Shown in pieces: positions 61,034 through 64,000 of a DNA stretch of 64,000 nt. Position 1 is the stretch's first letter. Each line of letters opens with the position of its first letter. The translations under genes were made by a program, and so were the position numbers. The notes under the pieces were generated by a model. It saw only the letters and a program-made list of their open reading frames with translations. It did not search any database and was not told where the DNA came from. The stretch is from positions 3,872,001 through 3,936,000 of the forward strand of contig OZ251459.1 of the NCBI GenBank assembly GCA_965242525.1. The letters run 5' to 3'. This DNA is from an uncultured Candidatus Binatia bacterium. GTDB taxonomy: Bacteria > Desulfobacterota > Binatia > UBA9968 > JAJDTQ01.

Positions 61034-62098
61034 ATGAAGATCACGGAACTGCGGGTCGAGACCCTCGACCTGCCGTACAGGAAGCCGCTCATCACCGCCA
61101 CCAACCAGTTCTACACGGCCCGGGGTTTCCTGGTCCACGCGGAGTCGGACGGGGGCCTCACCGGATACGGTTACATCGACGTGTTCCCGAGGACCGGGGA
61201 GACCGTCGGCTCGGCCCGGTACGCCATCGAAGAGGTCATCCGGCCGCTGCTGGTGGGGCAGCCCATCGAAGAGCTGGCGCGGCTGAGCCGCCTGATGAAC
61301 GAGAAGATCACCGACAACCGCCGGGCCAAGGGGGGCGTGGAGATGGCCCTCTACGACCTCCTGGGCAAGCGCTTCGACGCGCCGCTCTACGCGCTGCTCG
61401 GGGGGTTGGCGCGGACCGAGGTCACGGTCATCAAGATGGTCGGCCTGGGGCCGCCGCTGGAGATGGCGCGCCAGTGCCGGGAGCTGGTGGACCAGGGCTA
61501 CCGCGCCCTCAAGCTCAAGATCAAGGGCGAGGTAGGTCTGGACCTCGCCCGGGTGGCCGCGGTCCGCGGCGTGGTGGGCCCGGACATCTTCCTCAAGGTG
61601 GACGCCAACGAGGCCTTCGACGCCAAGTCTGCCGTCCGCATGGCCGCGGGCATGGCCGACCTCGGGGTGGCGGTGTTCGAGCAGCCGGTGCCGCGGCACC
61701 ACCACGAGGCCCTGGCCGAGGTGAGGCGCCGGTCGAGCATCCCCATCGAGGCCGACCAGTCCGCGGGCTCGGTGCACGAAGCCTTCCGGCTCCTCCGGGA
61801 CGGCGCCTGCGACGCCGTCAACACGGGCATACTCAAGGCCGGCGGGGTGCAGCAGGCCCGGCAGATCATCGACCTGTGCGCCCTGACCGGGGCCAAGTGC
61901 GGCCTGAGCAACATCGCCGCCTGCATGGTGGGAGACGCGGCCCTGCTGCACTTGGCCCTGAGCTCCCCCGGCGTCTCCGAGTTCTGCGAGATCGGGGAGT
62001 GCGAGGCCATCACCGGCGACCCCTTCACCGGCATCCGCGTGGTGGACGGAAAGCTCCACGCCCCGGAAGGCCCGGGCCTGGGCGTCGTCAACGACTGA
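61034..62098 (+). CDS. Enolase-superfamily enzyme (mandelate racemase/muconate lactonizing family)
   Basis: EMALYDLLGK...PLYALLGG, KLK, VDANE, EQP, AD(Q)S, PEGPGLGV. Confidence 0.9.
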   Translation: MKITELRVETLDLPYRKPLITATNQFYTARGFLVHAESDGGLTGYGYIDVFPRTGETVGSARYAIEEVIRPLLVGQPIEELARLSRLMNEKITDNRRAKGGVEMALYDLLGKRFDAPLYALLGGLARTEVTVIKMVGLGPPLEMARQCRELVDQGYRALKLKIKGEVGLDLARVAAVRGVVGPDIFLKVDANEAFDAKSAVRMAAGMADLGVAVFEQPVPRHHHEALAEVRRRSSIPIEADQSAGSVHEAFRLLRDGACDAVNTGILKAGGVQQARQIIDLCALTGAKCGLSNIAACMVGDAALLHLALSSPGVSEFCEIGECEAITGDPFTGIRVVDGKLHAPEGPGLGVVND

Positions 62099-62141
62099 AG
62101 CCGTGGACTGCGGCTCCGTCGCCGGTGGTCCCATGCAATAT

Positions 62142-62214
62142 CCCCGTTCGTCCTGAGCGTAGCGAAGCGAAGTCGAAGGACGCGCTCATGCTCCCTCGAT
62201 TGTTCGGAGGTTCC
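62142..62214 (+). repeat. REP-like core with right TIR
   Basis: Core followed by gctcatg...gattgttcggaggttcc. Confidence 0.85.
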
Positions 62215-62247
62215 CCCGGTCGCCTGACGGTGTTGGGGAGGTAGTGC

Positions 62248-63366
62248 ATGGCTTCGCCGCGGACACCGGGCCGCTCCGGCTTCTTGCCCCGCTTCCCGTG
62301 GCTGGGCAGCGACCTGCAGACGCTCCGTTACTATTTCTTTCCACCCCGCGCGGACCTGTCCGCCTGGCCCCCCCGGCGAGTGAGTTTCCCCCTCCAAGAC
62401 ACCGGAGGCGACACGCTGCTGGCGGCGTTGCACCGCCCGGCGAGCGACGCGGCCCGGCCGCTGGTGGTCCTGGCGCACGGGCTCACGGGATGCGAGGGCA
62501 GCTCCTACATGCTGGAGACCGCGCGCTTCTTCCTCACCGCGGGCTATCCGGTCATGCGCCTCAACCTCCGAGGCGCGGGTCCGTCCCGGGACACGTGCCG
62601 CGGCAGCTACTGTGCCGGCTCCGGCGGCGACATCGGGGCGGTGCTTGCGGCGCTGGACGCGGAGGACGCCCGTCGAGGGGTGGCGCTGGTGGGATTCTCC
62701 CTGGGCGGCGCCATCGTCCTGGACTTCCTCGCCCGGCGCGTGCAGTCGGCGCGGCCCCGGGGGTCCGGTCCCGGTATCGACGCTGGAAGCGCCGTGGGCG
62801 AAGGCCATCTCCAGGCCACGGCGCGGGAGTCCGGTCTTGGCATCGACGCCGGAAGCGCCCGGCGCGGGCGCGCGGCTCTGCCCATCTGCGCGGTCACGGT
62901 CTCGGCGCCCCTCGACCTCGGGGCCGCGGTCCACAGGATGATGCGTCCCCGCAACGTCCTCTACCACCGGTGGCTGCTCGCGCGCATGAAGGACGCGGTC
63001 AGCACCGGCGCCCTCCGGGTCTCCGGGCGGGAACGCGACGCGGTCCGGGCCGCCCGCAGCATCCGCGAGTTCGACGACGCCTTCACCGCCCCCCGGAACG
63101 GCTTCGCGGACGCCGACGACTACTATGCGCGTTGCTCCGTCCAGGGAGTCCTGGACCGCGTGGAGACGCCGACGCTGCTCCTCCACGCCAGGAACGACCC
63201 CTGGATACCCTCCGCGGCCTACGAGGAGGCCAGCCGCAACGCGCAGGCCCACGTGACCCTGACCAACGACGGCGGCCACGTGGGGTTCCACGGCCGCGGC
63301 AACCCCACGCCCTGGTACAACACCGTCATCCAAGCGTTCCTGGAGCAGCAGGCAGCCTGTCCCTGA
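62248..63366 (+). CDS. YheT-family alpha/beta hydrolase
   Basis: LQTL, HGLTGCEGSSY, GFSLGG, EFDDAFTAP..GF....DYY, NDPWIP, GGHVGF. Confidence 0.9.
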   Translation: MASPRTPGRSGFLPRFPWLGSDLQTLRYYFFPPRADLSAWPPRRVSFPLQDTGGDTLLAALHRPASDAARPLVVLAHGLTGCEGSSYMLETARFFLTAGYPVMRLNLRGAGPSRDTCRGSYCAGSGGDIGAVLAALDAEDARRGVALVGFSLGGAIVLDFLARRVQSARPRGSGPGIDAGSAVGEGHLQATARESGLGIDAGSARRGRAALPICAVTVSAPLDLGAAVHRMMRPRNVLYHRWLLARMKDAVSTGALRVSGRERDAVRAARSIREFDDAFTAPRNGFADADDYYARCSVQGVLDRVETPTLLLHARNDPWIPSAAYEEASRNAQAHVTLTNDGGHVGFHGRGNPTPWYNTVIQAFLEQQAACP

Positions 63367-63696
63367 ACACGACACGCCCGGGCCAGGCAGAGGGAGAGCG
63401 CGTCCTTCGACTTCGCTTCGCTACGCTCAGGACGAACGGATATGGGAGGTCTTCAGCGTATGGAGAAGCCACAACGGGCGCCCTATGTTCAGGACGAACG
63501 GGGATAGGAGGTCTTCAGCGCACGGAGAAGCGGCAACCGCGTTCTCGTCGGCGTAGCCGCCGATCTGGTCTCGGGATAGGAGGTCTTCAAGCGTACGGAG
63601 AAGCCGCAACGGGCGCCCTACGCTCAGGACGAACGGGGATAGGGGGGTCACGTGAGGGAATGCCTCTCGTCCACGGATCGATTCTTCAGGGTTTCC
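63361..63696 (-). repeat. Inverted REP-like core plus tandem composite units within TIR-like ends
   Basis: ccctgaaca...gcgtccttcgacttcgcttcgctacgctcaggacgaacgg; units ggaggtcttcagcg.a.ggagaagc..caac x3; ttcttcagggtttcc. Confidence 0.8.
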
Positions 63697-63759
63697 GCAA
63701 GAGGGAAAGGGAAGCGACAGGGGTCAGGCCGTCATGGCTCCGCGGCCGCCCACCCCGTC

Positions 63760-63929
63760 CCTCCCGCAGACGCTCGCCGGTCCTTCCCGCGAAAGCCCAC
63801 GCCCCGTCATTCCCGCAGACGCCTACGCGGTCATTCCCGCGGCCGCTCGCCCCCTCCTTCCCGCGGCCGCCCGCCCCGACATTCCCGCAGACGCCCACGC
63901 CCCGTCATTCCCGCGAAAGCGGGAATCCA
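63760..63929 (+). repeat. Degenerate tandem array of dRS3-like half units ending in a full GTCATTCCCGCGAAAGCGGGAATCCA
   Basis: About seven repeated (gtc)attcccgc.../ccttcccgc units spaced 21-26 bp apart. Confidence 0.8.
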
Positions 63930-64000
63930 TTGTCTGCATCGCTCCCGTTGCACAAACCTCTCCAAGTCGGACGATTCTCGTGTTGCCAGATCCGCGGAAT

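Overview
GC-rich bacterial chromosome segment. The thrS-infC-rpmI-rplT-pheST-ihfA-merR-tRNA(Pro)-pcm-nlpD-apt gene order, together with many aromatic/heterocycle enzymes, suggests a deltaproteobacterial (possibly Binatia-like) organism; this is an inference. The window has four parts. (1) 1-1.7 kb: a lower-GC ABC-ATPase + TOPRIM-like gene pair, followed by dnaE, hflX and an alpha/beta hydrolase. (2) About 7.8-26.9 kb: an integrase-less defence island. It holds a type I R-M system, a translationally coupled Schlafen/AlbA_2-HATPase protein with an unusual beta-rich C-terminus, a PvuII-like endonuclease/methyltransferase pair, a frameshifted ~2,070-aa nuclease-STAND (Avs-like) gene, an ISL3 relic, an AbiE-type TA cassette bracketed by a duplicated gene end, and an AAA_14-DUF4143 ATPase with a perfect 20-bp palindrome at its start. 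(3) 27-48 kb: housekeeping genes and two tRNAs. (4) 51-63 kb: a catabolic cluster (Rieske dioxygenase alpha-beta-alpha', Mo-hydroxylase M/L/S, acyl-CoA synthetase, enolase-family enzyme). Intergenic spaces carry three nested small-repeat families: a 42-bp REP-like core often enclosed by IS5-like terminal repeats, ISL3-derived MITEs, and dRS3-like palindromes. By eye, CAGCTG appears absent from the window and GTCGAC appears only in accessory DNA. All family assignments come from motif recognition, not database searches.
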